Source of the DNA: Klebsormidium nitens | Taxonomy: Eukaryota; Plantae; Klebsormidiophyceae | NCBI GenBank assembly: GCA_000708835.1 | Contig: DF237440.1 | Span: forward strand, 1-64,000 | DNA length: 64,000 nt | Direction: 5' to 3' | In this document: positions 24,744 through 38,728 of the stretch, in pieces | Layout of the letters: every line of letters starts with the position of its first letter | How positions within the stretch are numbered: the stretch's first letter is position 1 | The notes under the pieces: model-generated | Database searches by the model: none | Seen by the model: only the letters and a program-made list of their open reading frames with translations | Told to the model about the DNA's origin: nothing | Position numbers and translations under genes: made by a program

Positions 24744-26118
24744 CAGATGGTGCCCAAGGGCTACACCGGAGCGGAGCCGACTGCCGGCAAATCAACACTC
24801 ACGGTAGGAGATCTGCCGGTGAAGACGGACGTATTCGATTGGCCCAAGAAACACGTTAAGATTCAGGCGCCGGGTCGAGGGAAGCCTCGGAAAGGCGAGA
24901 AGTGACAGTGCAGGTAAGTCGACGCTTCTATTCACCAGAGTCCGGTCTCGTGAGCTACTTGAAAGCAGCCTCGAGAGATATAGAACTCATCTTGTTCCCC
25001 GCAGTCGATTGCATCGCCAGACTGCCTTTCGCTTGCTCGTTTGACGTTCATTAAGATTTCTTTCTTGCCGCTACCTGAAGAATCGGTTCACTTTACGCTG
25101 CCTGCCACTTTGCCGTCACCAGCCTGTCACCATTTCTGCCAAATTGCAGCTGTTTTACTCGTAGTCGCCAGATTCTCATGCATCCAGCTAAGAAAAGTTG
25201 GCAGCCGATTCTGGTTCACAACAACGTTTGGCTGCCTGGAGATTCTACAGAAATTGTCGCTGATAAACCCGCGCTTGCTGACGTCACGTGCGCTTGCGCG
25301 GTGGAGTTTGTAGGGAGCAGCCGGTGGCCGTGAATATCTTGGACGCGCGTCTCCCGTGCGCGCGCCACTTCGAGAATGCTCGACCGGTATCGTTCTTGTT
25401 TTGTTCGCGCTTGCTGACGTCTTGTTTGCTTGCGCAGTTCTGCGAGCGCGAGCGATTGGTGGCCGTGGAGCAGAACGTCTGCCTGGGCCGCGTTTCCCCT
25501 GCGCAAGCGCATACAAAGAACAGTCCGAAAAAAGCCGCTGTTGTTATTTCGCTCTTGCTGACGTCACCTTTGCTTGCGCAGTTCTGCAGCCGTGAGCGGC
25601 TGATGCTGTGGAGCAGGACGTCTTCCTGGGCCGCGCCCTTCCGACTTAGTGCAAACACGGGCTGACTCGACTCTGACACTTTCACCTTTGCTGACGTCAT
25701 GTTCGTTCTCGCAGTTCTGCAAGCGCCAGCAGCCGGCAGCCGTGAAGCAGACTCGAAACGGTTTTTTGGGGTGCGCCCCTTTCGCGCGCGCGCGAACACG
25801 GCAAGCTCCCAGTAAAGCAGCTGCTGACGTCATGTTTGTTCGCGCAGTATTGAAAGGGCCCGGGGCGAGCAGCCGAGGTAAACCGGAACTCACGGAGAAA
25901 TGCGTCCAGGTCGCGCCCTCCCGCGCGTGCACGAAACTTCGTATGTATCGGTCGTCAAACGTGCATTGATTGCTCTGGAGCGCAAACGCAACTTCTCATT
26001 CTGCAGTTCGGTACACTGACGGATGCGGATCGCGAGGTGTGGGACCTGAGCATCAACAAGGATCAGAAGGCAGAGCACTTTGTCCTCAGAAGAGCAAGGC
26101 ATGTGTTAAGAAGTTGAG
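24744..26118 (+). CDS. Possible small gene or pseudogene of unknown function, with a minisatellite in its intron
   Basis: Exon-like segment MVPKGYTGAEPTAGKSTLTVGDLPVKTDVFDWPKKHVKIQ with a CAG|GTAAG donor at about 24913, and acceptor CTGCAG|FGTLTDADREVWDLSINKDQKAEHFVLRRARHVLRS* at about 26006. Joining them needs a frameshift. Confidence 0.25.
25274..25860. repeat. Tandem minisatellite, 5 diverged units of about 133-144 bp
   Basis: Units start at about 25274, 25410, 25554, 25687 and 25821. Each has YTGCTGACGTC followed by a TGCTTGCGCAGTTCTGC-like sequence. Confidence 0.85.
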
Positions 26119-26466
26119 GCGAGGTCAACGCACAAGGACGCAGTGAAGAGTGTACGTATGAGTACGGTAGCAATTTACGCAGCTTATGAGCGCGCTAGCT
26201 GTAGGCCCCTTTTCGTGTAAATGCTTGGCTGTGACTAGAAGCACAAGAGACTATTGTAGACGCACCCAACAGTAGATCGAACTGTAACCCGCTAGGTAGG
26301 ACAACGGTAGCGCACTTAATAACACCGGATCTTGGTTTAAGGTTTCTAGCGCTCTTGATCTGCGCGTTTTCAGTATGTTTCGTACTGGAAAACCGGATAT
26401 TTCAACCAAGATCGTCCTTAATTTTAGCATGTGCATTTAGAGCGACGGCGCCCTTAAAGCAATGCT

Positions 26467-26528
26467 GTTTTAAGAGCGCCGCCGGTCTGAAAGCGGACAA
26501 TGTTTAAGACCGGCGCCGCTCTTAAAAC
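26467..26528. repeat. Inverted repeat: 22-bp stem with 1 mismatch and an 18-nt loop
   Basis: GTTTTAAGAGCGCCGCCGGTCT ... AGACCGGCGCCGCTCTTAAAAC, with partial extra copies of the arm on both flanks. Confidence 0.85.
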
Positions 26529-27143
26529 GGCCGCTCTTAATTCGTGTCCAGATTTATAGTGACGTAAGTGGGACCACTAGGGGGCCAGGATTCTGCGTTT
26601 GATTGGGATGGCAAAGGATCTGGCACATGTTTGTGCCTAAAGACGCTCTTGACTGAATCGCTTTCAGACACAATACAGGACTTAACCATTCTCAGCTGGA
26701 TTAGATCCGTGGTTAGGTATTACGAACCCCATAAGACACTAACACTGGATAGACATATATATTGGAACTCAACTTGTTGATCGGAGACCAGGGATGGCAA
26801 ACGGGATGGCAATGGGGCGTTACCTTTTTCTGAGTATTGAATTCTTGTTACAGTTCACATGAAATTCATACGGGGGAGCCCAAACGACTTTAATGTCTGA
26901 TGAAGCGCGCTTACAACATGATCTCACCAAGTCTCGCTCAAGGGATGGCAAACGGGATAGCGATGGGGCATTAAATTTCCTTGCGGACGGAACTCTTCTC
27001 AGCCAAGCAAGAGACCCACAAAGTTCGTCAAAGCTGGCGAGGCAGAACCTTTCGCTACACCCGGAATTCGTTGGCAATGATGCTGTCATTACACTTCTAT
27101 TTGAGGTCAAATATATGTGCCAAGCTGACCGTTCTATCCATCA

Positions 27144-28400
<1,257 letters not shown>

Positions 28401-28626
28401 CACATGGAACGCGGGTGACGGTTCTACTAAAAGGTCCTCTGAGAAAGCCTACTTTTGCCCCCAAGAACTAGTCAAGTGCCCTTTGCATTACTGCTTATCG
28501 GGATAATCAATCATTATATACGTACAGTTTTACTTTGGAGTGGGCCTGGCATATCATTACCTGCTGATGCAAGTGACCTTATCTGCGAGGTTGCTACAGA
28601 CACAAGCATACTCCTCCTAGACTGAT

Positions 28627-30196
28627 TCAATCGGGCGCACGGTTGAGATCAATCTGGCGGCGCCGTGGGAAAGCCTCGTTTCCCGGAGGACAAGGGGACG
28701 AGGACAAGGAAAGGGAACTCAAGCAGACCGTTCCGGAAGAGCTTTCCGGTGCGCTAGTGTCAAGGCCACCGTCCAGCAACGGCGACGGAGTTCCGCCGGA
28801 AAGGGGTGCGAGGGTCGCCGCTTCCGCCCCGTTTGCTTCTGACACACCGACTGGCGTCTGCGACGGATCGGGTGCTCCCCGCTTCCGAGTCCGAGCGGAG
28901 TCCAGAGACGCTGACGGATTGGCATCCAGGGAGTGGGGCCGTTTCACACCGCTTCCACCATCGCTGGCGAGCGAACTAGGGGCGGGAGAGTTCCCGGCTC
29001 CGGATTGCGCCGCGTTGTGCACGTGCGTGAAGCCAGGGACTCGAGGAACGGAATCCGCCGGAAGTTGCTGCATGACAGGGCTGTTCCGGCGGAACAAGTC
29101 CATCAGCTCCGGGAAGTCGTCGACCGTCATCTGGTTTACGGGCTTCCGCCGGAGCGACCGCAAGGATGTCGCAAAAGGGCGGTCTTCAGCCTCAATCCCC
29201 TGCGCTTCTGCTCCCCAGATCTGCTGATCCCGATGCGACCGCAATTGCCCACCCACCATCGAATTTTCTTCACGACGAAAGCCGGCCGTTGGATCGAGGC
29301 CCTCGAAACCCACTGCTAAATCAGCCAAGGCCCCTTCGCTCAGTGACGGTGCATGAGCTGGCCCAACAGCAACCCGCTCCTTCTCCCCCGGGCAACTCTT
29401 CGTTTCCCGTTGGCTGTTTACCGCGCCCCCTAGACTGTACCCCGTTTCCCCCAGCCTCCTATCTCGATTCTCCGAGCTCCATCCCCTGTCTCCCAAACGC
29501 CGTCTCGGATCCCCGGGCTCCATCCCATTTCCCGCGAGCTCCATTAGATTTCCCCCACGCCCCATCTCGTTTTCGGCCGGGCTCCATACCCTTTCTCCGA
29601 CGCTCCATCTCGGATCCCCGGGCTCCATGCGGTTTCCCCCAGGCTCCCTCTCGGTTCCCCCGGCCTCCATCTCGGCTCCCCCCGGGCTCCATCTCGGATC
29701 CCCAGGCTCCGTGTGGTTTCCCCGGGGCTCCCTCCCGTTTTCCCCGGCCTCCATCTCGTCTCCCCCCGGGCTCCATTGAGGTTCCCCCGGACTCCGCTCT
29801 ATTTGCCCGGGGCTCCAACCCGTTTCCCGGCCCCGGCCTCCCCGCCCGAGTTACCCTCTGCAAAACCGCCGCGGCCTCGCGCAGCTTCGCGTGCTGCTGC
29901 CGTAGTCGGAGCACCGTGCGATAGCTTATGTCACCTGAGCCCCCACTCCCACCCTCGATTTCTCTCGCCTGCTCATCTAAGAGCGCATACATGCGCCCTA
30001 TCACAAGCGCAACCTCCGCCTGAGTTTCGGCTGCTGGAGTGGGGACCGACTGGGAACCCTGTTTGGGGGATCCCCCCAGAGTCTGGTTGCTTGCCCCGTC
30101 CATATCGTTTTCTCCGCAGTCGGATCGCCACTCAGAACCATCGAAGCTGAGACGCTTCACTGTTGGCGATGCCGGCAAACCGCCCAGAGGTTGCAT
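28627..30196 (-). CDS. Unknown protein or pseudogene with an internal GC-rich tandem repeat and a C-terminal EAR-like motif (DLNRAP)
   Basis: Two long overlapping minus-strand ORFs (29459-30196 and 28627-29754) are joined across a repeat tract. The second ends RRRQIDLNRAPD*. Degenerate exon-like pieces continue upstream to about 31400. Confidence 0.45.
29470..29830. repeat. GC-rich minisatellite (GGCTCCATCTCGG(A/T)TCCCC-type subunits)
   Basis: CCCCGGGCTCCAT, CTCCATCTCGG and TTTCCCC recur at roughly 55-60 bp spacing. Confidence 0.85.
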
Positions 30197-33100
30197 GCAG
30201 CACAGAACTTAGTGCTCTTTGCTTGCTACCACTGGCCAGCTGATTAGGAGCTCCTAGTCCCCTGGAGAAGTCTCTTTGGATGTTTTACCAACCCTTTGGG
30301 GGCCCACTTTCAAGCAATCCTTGACTCCACATTTGAAGCCCAGTCAGAAAGGTGCTTCTCAGGGGGGGTAGTTGCCAGTATAGGAAGGAGGCGGTTCATA
30401 CTTGCAGCTGAATTTGACAATGCGGCGGCTTGAGGTTCCAGAATCCGGCTTCTCAATTTCTGCGGATCTAGGGCTTCGCTTTCGAGAGTCCCTTTTGACC
30501 AGGTGCAACGTCATCAGCTGACTGGATCAAGTCAAAGTGCGGACGGTCCTCCACTGCGAGTGCTGATGCCCCGTTATACACGTCCGAAAACGTCAACCCC
30601 CAGGCAACCCCCCAGCTAACAATGCGCGGGGCCTTTCCTAACCCATGCAAGGAGAGGGGCCTCCTCCCAGGATTTTAGAGTCCCTAATTCTGCAAGACAA
30701 ATAAGGGTACGTCTCAGCGAGTCTTGTTCAAAGTGTGCCCAGTGCACGTCGTTCTCAAGCGCCTCCCATTCTGATCGTGCTCCTGTCTGCAAGATGGAGC
30801 TAAACGATGTGGCAATGAAATCCAATTGAGCTCCAGGTGAATGGCACTGGTGAGCTTACGATGCCAGGCAAGCTCCAGTCCAGCACTTGGTAATGAAAAA
30901 AGGCATGAAGACTTGGACCTGGTAGTGACGTCTTCTTTACAAGCTGTGAATAATCCTTTCATGTGACATGTATGGAAGCCAGAAAACTAACATGCAAGCA
31001 CAGAGAACGAATGTTGACAGCAACCCCTTACAACACAACAACTTGATCTCTAAATCTCAGAACGAACCAATCTTCAACTGTAGTGGTCATTGCTTACCTC
31101 GGGAAGCTGCCACAGGCCTGCATGCAGATAATCACCCAGCTGACCTCCGTCAACGTGAAGAGAAAGAATGAGCTCCTCCTCTTTGGTAACTTCATGACCC
31201 AACGCCGCTCAATTGGCGCAGATTTCAAATCCATCTGCTGGCTTCTTGATATTGGAGCACATTTTCTTTAGTTGTCCCACAAGTTGCAGCCCAATCAATT
31301 CTGAAATTACCTCGCTGTCCCTGGAAGCAGAGCGGATCAGACTTATACGCTCTGGTGCCGCCATTCCATTCTTACATCGACAACTACTTGTAATACGGTA
31401 CAAGCTGACAAGTCAGACAAGCCGCTACCATTGCAGGTACACCTGATTGTAGATGAAGCTGATCATTTGTTTCATTCACTGTTCCAGGGAGGGCAACAAG
31501 CCAGTGAGCAGGGCTTGAAAAGGTCGTGCTGTACGGGCCGAAATTAAATGGCCGGGCGGAAAAGTCGGCCAAGTGACAAGGGGGATCCCGAGGATGACGG
31601 TCGAATCCAGGAATTAGTTGAGCGTCAGAATACATAAGCTCACAAATTTACCCAAACTCACATTTCCAGTCCTAAAACACCCTTTCCCACCCTAAACCGC
31701 AGGACAAACCTAGGTAGCTCTGACAATTCGAGAGTTCGACGCTCGAATCCCACTTCCCGACTGAATTATTCACCGAATCGCAACGGCAACGTTTTGGTTA
31801 GTGATGACATCAACGTAATTATTGAGGACGGCTTCCCGGCTCCTCCGGTCATGCGAATGAGATGTACCGGGAACGATGATCAATCGAAGAACACCGGGGA
31901 TACATGCGACCGCTACATTTCTGTTTCCGCGACAATGTGGCGGTCCTGAGACCAAACCCTCGTCGGATGCCACCGCCAGCCGGACAAAATTTGGAAAGTA
32001 CAATTCGATCGCGCGATCGGACCATCAAAACCGCCAGAATGTGGCTGGCGGTTTGGGGGTCCTCCTAGAATCTGGCGGTTCCGACATTCCAAACCGAGGA
32101 CTCCTAATGCCTGAATCTGCAGACTGGAGTACCCGGTACCATATCGGTGAGTATCCACCTTTTTCTTCGCGATTAAAATCTTTATTTTCGAATTAAATCT
32201 GACGACTCACCGGCAGATTATCGAACGCACCGTCGAAAGTCGTACCTTCTCAACGATCCGTCCGTACCGCATTCGTACAGCCCGACCGGAAGTCAACCCA
32301 CCACAATCTGGCGGAAATGTAATTGTAGCGGTCGCATGCGACGCAGCCCATAGCGAGTTTCTCCAGCTACAAGCAGGCCGCCTCGGGCCCGGACCCCGGT
32401 CCATCATTTCGCGGGTGGCGGAAGGCGCGTACGGTGGGTTGACACGGTAGTGACTTGTGAGTCGTGACGTTACATCCCCCGGGCCAATCATCAATGATTT
32501 TAGCCCCAGGCACACCGGGCCGGCCAAGACGAGGGCCGGGGAATTTCCTAGAAAGGAGAGCCGGGCTGCCGGGGCCGCTGCAACCGGGCCAAAGGTCTCA
32601 AGGCTCAACTTCGATCATGCGTTTGGGTACTTCGAACTTGAACGATGTTCTGTTGTTTTATGCGCTATGCACCCGGGTGTGCACGCGTTCAGACGCATCT
32701 AAAATTAGCGACTGGAAACCCCAGGATACCGCAGTCTCGGTCGCCCCGAAGTTTTATGACGTCATCGCTGCGGCGACGTTGACCGGGACTTTTGCCGCAT
32801 TAGGATCGCTGCGATAGCCACGTGGACGCCCTCAACCCCAGCGCCGTCTTTAAAAGTTAATACGAAGTGAACCATCATGCGTTTGATAAACCTTTCGGTC
32901 CGGCACCCCGGCGGGTTGAGCATCTTAAAAGTCCCGGTCGGCCCTGCCCGGCCGGCCCCGTAGTCTCTAATATCTATGCAGAAACACCTACCCGGCCGCG
33001 CTGCGCACGCGCACATTCACTGCTTCACTGCGTCGGGCCCAATTAATGCATCATGCATGTCATGACCAGTGTGGACGAGCTGATTTCATAAGCGCCCAAT

Positions 33101-33602
33101 AATTCCCTAGGGTTTTGCACCTACCTAGTATCTCCGTTCCTTGTATAATAGGAATTAGCTATGGGTGGCCTTGAAGTCAGAATAGCTACCTACACCGCCA
33201 AAGAGGCGGACGAGAAGATTGATTCAGGAGGTACTTGAGATGGTGTTGTCAAGCTGTTGATTCACAGTCGTACCTAATCATATCAGTGGAGGATCGGGCT
33301 AGGTATTACCCAACTTAAGTCACGACTCGACGCGCCGTCCTCCTTTGCGTCCCCGCCAATCTGCCAAACGGTTCAACTTTCTCTCTAAGATCGACAAGCG
33401 AAAAGCAACGAGAGCCAGCTGTCTTTTCCTGATCAGAGTACGGTAAATATGTGATCAACAGCTGTTTACAATTGATATAATATGCTGGCGACCCACACTG
33501 CGGATAGCTTAGAGCAACGACAGATACCCAAGCTGCGGCCATGCCACCTATGAGGGCTGCTGCCGTTCAGATTTGTTGGCTCTAACTTGAGCTGCGAAAG
33601 TC

Positions 33603-36600
33603 ATGGAGCCTGCCAGCAGAGCCGCGCGCTTCCGCGTTTTGATCGTGTCACCTCCTACCTCTGGTGAGCAGCATTGTGACGAAGGCTTTGATACACCTTG
33701 TTCTAAAGTGCAAAAAGCACTTAAACTCTTTTCGGTAATCTATGTTCAAACAAGTCTTGCAGGCCCAATTTTTGTGGAGAGCTTGACTTTTTTATTGGCT
33801 GGGCAAACGGGCACTCTCTGTCAGATTATCTGAAGCACTGGAGGGACGTGTGAGGAGTCATGAGCCGCAATATGAGCCTTTGCTATGAGCCCTTGGGCCA
33901 GCTTTCTGCTGTCCGGACCCAGACTCCCGGCCGATGGTTTCTGTGCCTCACAGGTTGCGAGGGCTTTGAGGCAATGAATTCTTCCACGACACTTTTGAGT
34001 GACAGCATTGTTGAGGACCTTGATGTCATCTGCTGGATGTCTGGCCAGAATCTGGCACCCTAATTCTGCAGCTCATTGCCCAGAAAGCTAGTGACCTGTC
34101 CCATCATCTCCATGATTTGGAAAAGCGAACTCGTATGGCGAAGTCAGACCTCACTCCATTCCTTCCCAGCTCAAAGCTTCGCACGTTCCCAGGGTATGGG
34201 GCTCAACAGAGCAACTTGCCTCCTTTACCAGCTTGCTCATAATTGAAATATAAACAGGTTAACAGAGCAACTTGCCTCATTACTTCGAATAAATAAATAA
34301 CTGAATAAAGAAATAGATAAACAAATAAAAGTTTCTGACAATCTGCATTCTGACCACCTTCCGAGTGAAACTTTTAGCTTTGAGCATTCTCACCAGCCCA
34401 GTCTCAGGACCGATGGGTGGAACTCTCAGCATTCAAAGCTCTTGCCATTAAAGTAGATCAGTTTCTGAAGTGCTCTCCATCTTTTCGTTTGTTTGGTCGA
34501 CAGTCGCAGTTTCTTGCTTTCGTTAGCTGGCCTTTTAATATTGAACTTTCCAAAATTTTAGAGATCTGGGTCTGGTAGCACTTGGTGCTCATATGCAACT
34601 CATCTTCCTATCAAGGATCAGGACGTAATCAAGACCGGTTTCTTGGGGTTCCGACCACAGAGTGCACTACATAATGTCAAAGCTGAACTGGTATATTCGG
34701 TTCATTGCTGATCTAGAAAATCTACGAGGTTACTTTGTCGATCTGATTCCAAGATCGCCAACGCAAAAGCTTGCTGAATCAGGGACCTCTCACTTACTAC
34801 AGCCGTACTCAATCAAGAGCGAACTTTACTTTCCCCCGGTCTCTGTCCAGGCCACTTCACCCCGCTCGTTGCCATTGCCTCTCCGAGCTCAAGGGGCGGG
34901 GCCATGACGTCACGTTCCTGGGGCTGGTGCACAAGGGCCGGGAAGACTTCTTCCTCAAAGAACTCAATCACGCGGGGATTCCTTTCCACTCGCTCGGGTA
35001 CTGGCCTCAGAGCAAGACGGACGACCAAACCTTAGGGGTAAAAGCTGAGTTCAGCGAATGCTCCCGGTTTCTGGCTTACATGGAGGGGGACGTGGCAACT
35101 TGGATCGGGCTCGACAAGTTCTTGGCCAATCAGACGGTGCAGACAGCTGGCACCGGAAGTGGGTCGGGTAAAAATGTCACTGCAAATGATGGTTCTCGAC
35201 CATGCGTTCCAAGTAACCGGCAGCTGCGCGGAAAACAAATACGGTATCCTTCCTGTTTACATCCACATGTGGCGCAACTTCGTCATCTCCCCCTCCTGGC
35301 CGTTTCTTGCAATGGGAACCAACGTTTCCATCGGGATGAGCTTTTGGCAGCGGCTATGGAACGAGTACGTCAGGCTGGGGGACGCCCTATACGTCGAGCC
35401 GTTTGTTTTGAGGGGCAAGCTGGAGTCGATCCTCAGAGAGAAACGTGTCAAGCTCCCCGTGATGCCACGTGGCTACATCCAATATGACGGCAGCGCCGCT
35501 ATCATAACCGGAGGCCCCGGGTTCGACTTCCCTGTTCCCCTCCCTCCCACGGCGTTTTACACCGGCCCGCTCTTGAGCCGATTCGCACAGGAGATGTCTC
35601 GCCCGTTGGCGGCGTGGCTAGCGTCCAACGTAAAACGGGTTCGGTTGTCGTAGTTAACCTTGGCACCGATAACCCCCTCACACACGACATGGTCGTGGTA
35701 ATCATTGGTGGGCTCCAGGATTTAGCCATGGAGGTTCTGTGGGTAGTTACGGAAACCGCGTACAGTGCGCTCGCGCCCTTCGAGGTCCCCGTCAACTTCT
35801 GGTTGGAGAAGTCCATTCCGCAGCGGGAGGTTTTACGGCACCCGGCCGTGGCCGCGATGATTACGCACTGCGGGGGAGATGGAGCGCAGGTAAACTTTCT
35901 CTCACGAAGTGCTGAAAGTGTTAATCAGACCACTGCAATTTAAGCAGCCGATTCCACAGGATGTTGCAGTCGCTTTCTCGCTAGAGTGCTCTTTCGAGGT
36001 TCGACGCGTGGCTTGCGTCACGGTTTGCTTGTAAAGCGTTCAGCCACTTGACAGACTGTTATCTACAAGTTCCCCGCATCCAGACGAATCCAGATCAGGG
36101 GACCCAAGGAACATCTAAGCACGCAGCGGTAGGCGGAAAATTTGCTCGAAGGTTTTGTGCGGCTTCGAGTTTCTGGTCCCTAAGTGTTGGTGCCCGTCAC
36201 AATCATCCGGGGCCGGATCCGCTCTTCTCAAGTTTTGTTGGGCACCTTAGACGTGGAGGACATGTCCCCTCTGCTGTACGTAGATCTTAAAAACGCAGAG
36301 AGGGCTGACTTTTGAAGACCGGACCTTTAAGAAGCTGACTTGTTTCTTTGAGAAGCGGGCTATCAATCCTTATAGTACGTTAGAATATCTACGGAGCAGC
36401 TTGTGGGAACGAAAGGGAGCTGAAAGTCAGGGATCTAGATCGGCTGTGTTTGACATTTGGAAAGGCTGACCCTCGCCTGTGTTGGATGCAAGAAGCTTTG
36501 GCGTATGGGGTTCCTGTGATTGGTTTACCGATGACGCACGGTGAGGGCGAGCAGAAAAGTCGTTGCTCGGGTGATGCAGCGCTGCGGCAGACGTTTTCGT

Positions 36601-38107
36601 TTTCTGCCTGTGGGGACACTTCGCATCCGCTTCGAAGATTGAGCTTCACTGAACGATCTTTGAGAAGCGGCCAGTCGCGGCTCTGATTGAGAGTTTGAGA
36701 TTTGCCGCTATAAGAACGGAAGCTCTTGGTCGAATCCGTGGTTTTACCGGCAGCACGGTCTTGGTTGTTGAGCGGACTTCTTTCTACTTAGCAGGTGTGC
36801 TTTCCTTCTCCAATGAAAAGCCTAGACAAGAATACTCGATTCTCAAAAGTGGCCCGTTCATAGCTTTGATAAAGCCCGAGTGATCGTATCTGCTAACTAT
36901 TATGTTTTAGACCTCAACTGGTTCGAAGATCTATCTTCCTTTCAGACACTAATTAAAGAACCAAAGTGTATCTTTAAACCCGCTGGAGAGTGATTCTTGG
37001 CCTTTTCACGGTGGGACTATCGGACGTGTTGGAAGGGCCTTGGTAACTAGGGGTCAGACGATTCTTCAAGTGCTTGATACTGCGCCCTCAGACCTTCCAT
37101 TTCTGTCTACTCGCTCAATGCAAGGGCGCAACTCAAGCGGGCTCCGAGAAGAAACGGACTTTGATCCAATCCGTGCACGATCTTGTCTCTGCAGAGGAAT
37201 ACGACGTCGCGCAAAGACTGGCGCACGCAGGCTTCCCTGTTCTGGACCCACTGCGCGCGATGCCGGCCGACCTTTCTGCCGCAGTGCGCGCGGTAACCGC
37301 GCGAGACCCAACTACGGAGAACGCCTACCAGGCGAAAGCGCGCAAGATCGCGCGCATTTTTCGCTTCCTGGGGGGCGCGCCGAGAGCCGCAGGTATGGAG
37401 AAAAATTCTGCCTTGATTCGGCCTCCGAATCGCTTACAAGGAGATTGCATGCAGGTTGTCTAGCAGCGGTGATCGTGGCATAGTTCGGTTCTGCGGCAAA
37501 CTTTGATTTGCAGTGTCGGTTCTACGGTTCCAGTAGGTTTCGAGTTGTTGAAAAGTGGCTGCAAGAACATGTCCATGCGAAGTGCATTAACAATCACAGG
37601 CAATTTTGGCTGCTAACCAGGCTGTTATTGCACTCGAGCTCAGGTTAGTGGACGGATAACCGGGCTATAACCTTGTTCGGGGCTGGTAATACCGCACAAT
37701 TTTGGTTATAGTCTTCTGGGACATTGAACCACTTTCTAACCAGCCCATAAGCAGCCCGTCACCACCCCTCGTTAAGGGCCACAGTCTCTTGTGAATGCCC
37801 TGTACCTGCACTCTGCCTCATCCCTTTGATACGCTCGGCACGGGCAAAAGAAAAGTAACCATATAGCGAGCGCGTGTGGCGAGATCGTCTTTTGACAGCA
37901 CGGGTGTCTTTCGTTTACGCGCGCGCAGATTTTGTGGAGCTCGTCGCGGAGCTGGGCACCGAGCACCAGCTGCGGACGCCCGATCTGAGCATGTCCTGGT
38001 TTGTGAAGCACAAACTAGACCTGTTGATCTTAGTAGCGATCTTCGCGGGTGTCATTTTTCTCGCAGCCAACGTCTCCGTACGATTTCTCGTTGGCGAACT
38101 TCTCTAA
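33603..38107 (+). pseudogene. Membrane-anchored UDP-glycosyltransferase (GT1, animal/UGT1-2-8-like architecture), copy 1, disrupted
   Basis: Exons: 33603-33663, 34851-35889, 36492-36540, 37195-37392, 37929-38107. Motifs: SPPTSGHF, ELKGRGHDVT, IPQREVLRHP, ITHCG, EALAYGVPVIGLP, HQLRTPDLSMSWFVKHKLDL plus a TM helix. Lesions: 2-nt insertion at about 34880, 2-nt deletion at about 35187, 1-nt deletion at about 35620, and acceptor AG changed to AA at 36490-36491. Confidence 0.88.
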
Positions 38108-38626
38108 AGATCCTAGCAGGGGCAGGAAAATTCTCGTAGCGAAACCGAACGTTGAATATGTAGTTGCATAAGGTGCCGGGGTTAGCGAGGTATATTGCCA
38201 CTCGGGTTAGCGCGCTGGGTTAGCCAGATATTTCAGGGAAAGAAAGGGAGGGGTGGTAGAAATGCGGGAAATCCAGAAATTAAGGCGTTCCCATGAGTTG
38301 GGCACCGAAGGACAATTGATAAGAGTAAGACGAGGGAAAAGTTACGGGTTGGACGAAACCTGCCCAATGAACGGAGTAGTTAAGTAGGAAAGGCATGAGC
38401 CTGTCGTGGTCCTAGAGCTGCATAAAGATCCCGCTAAATCCACAATAATGGGTTTTGTACTTAGGTGCCGCTTCCGAACCTGGAACGATAAGGTGGAAGG
38501 GGGCCAGAGAACGCTTCTGCCATCATCAAGTTCTCAGGCATAGTGCTGCAGGAAAGGCACACCAGATCCGAAGAGTCTTGATCAATCTCATTCAGCAGTA
38601 TCTTCTGTTAGAAGTATTTGCGCACT

Positions 38627-38728
38627 GCCACTCGGGCCACACTGGCGCCAGTGTGACGTTTGGGGTATGCAAGTATCCAATTCAATCGCTCCACAAGTGT
38701 CCACTGGCGCCAGTGTGGCCCGAGTGGC
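38627..38728. repeat. Perfect 27-bp inverted repeat abutting the assembly gap
   Basis: GCCACTCGGGCCACACTGGCGCCAGTG (38627-38653) and its exact reverse complement at 38702-38728, with a 48-nt spacer. Confidence 0.9.

Noticed and set aside
25274-25860. CRISPR-like interpretation of the spaced repeats
   Set aside because: The 'spacers' are homologous to each other, the units are about 135 bp and diverged, there are no cas genes, and the context is eukaryotic.
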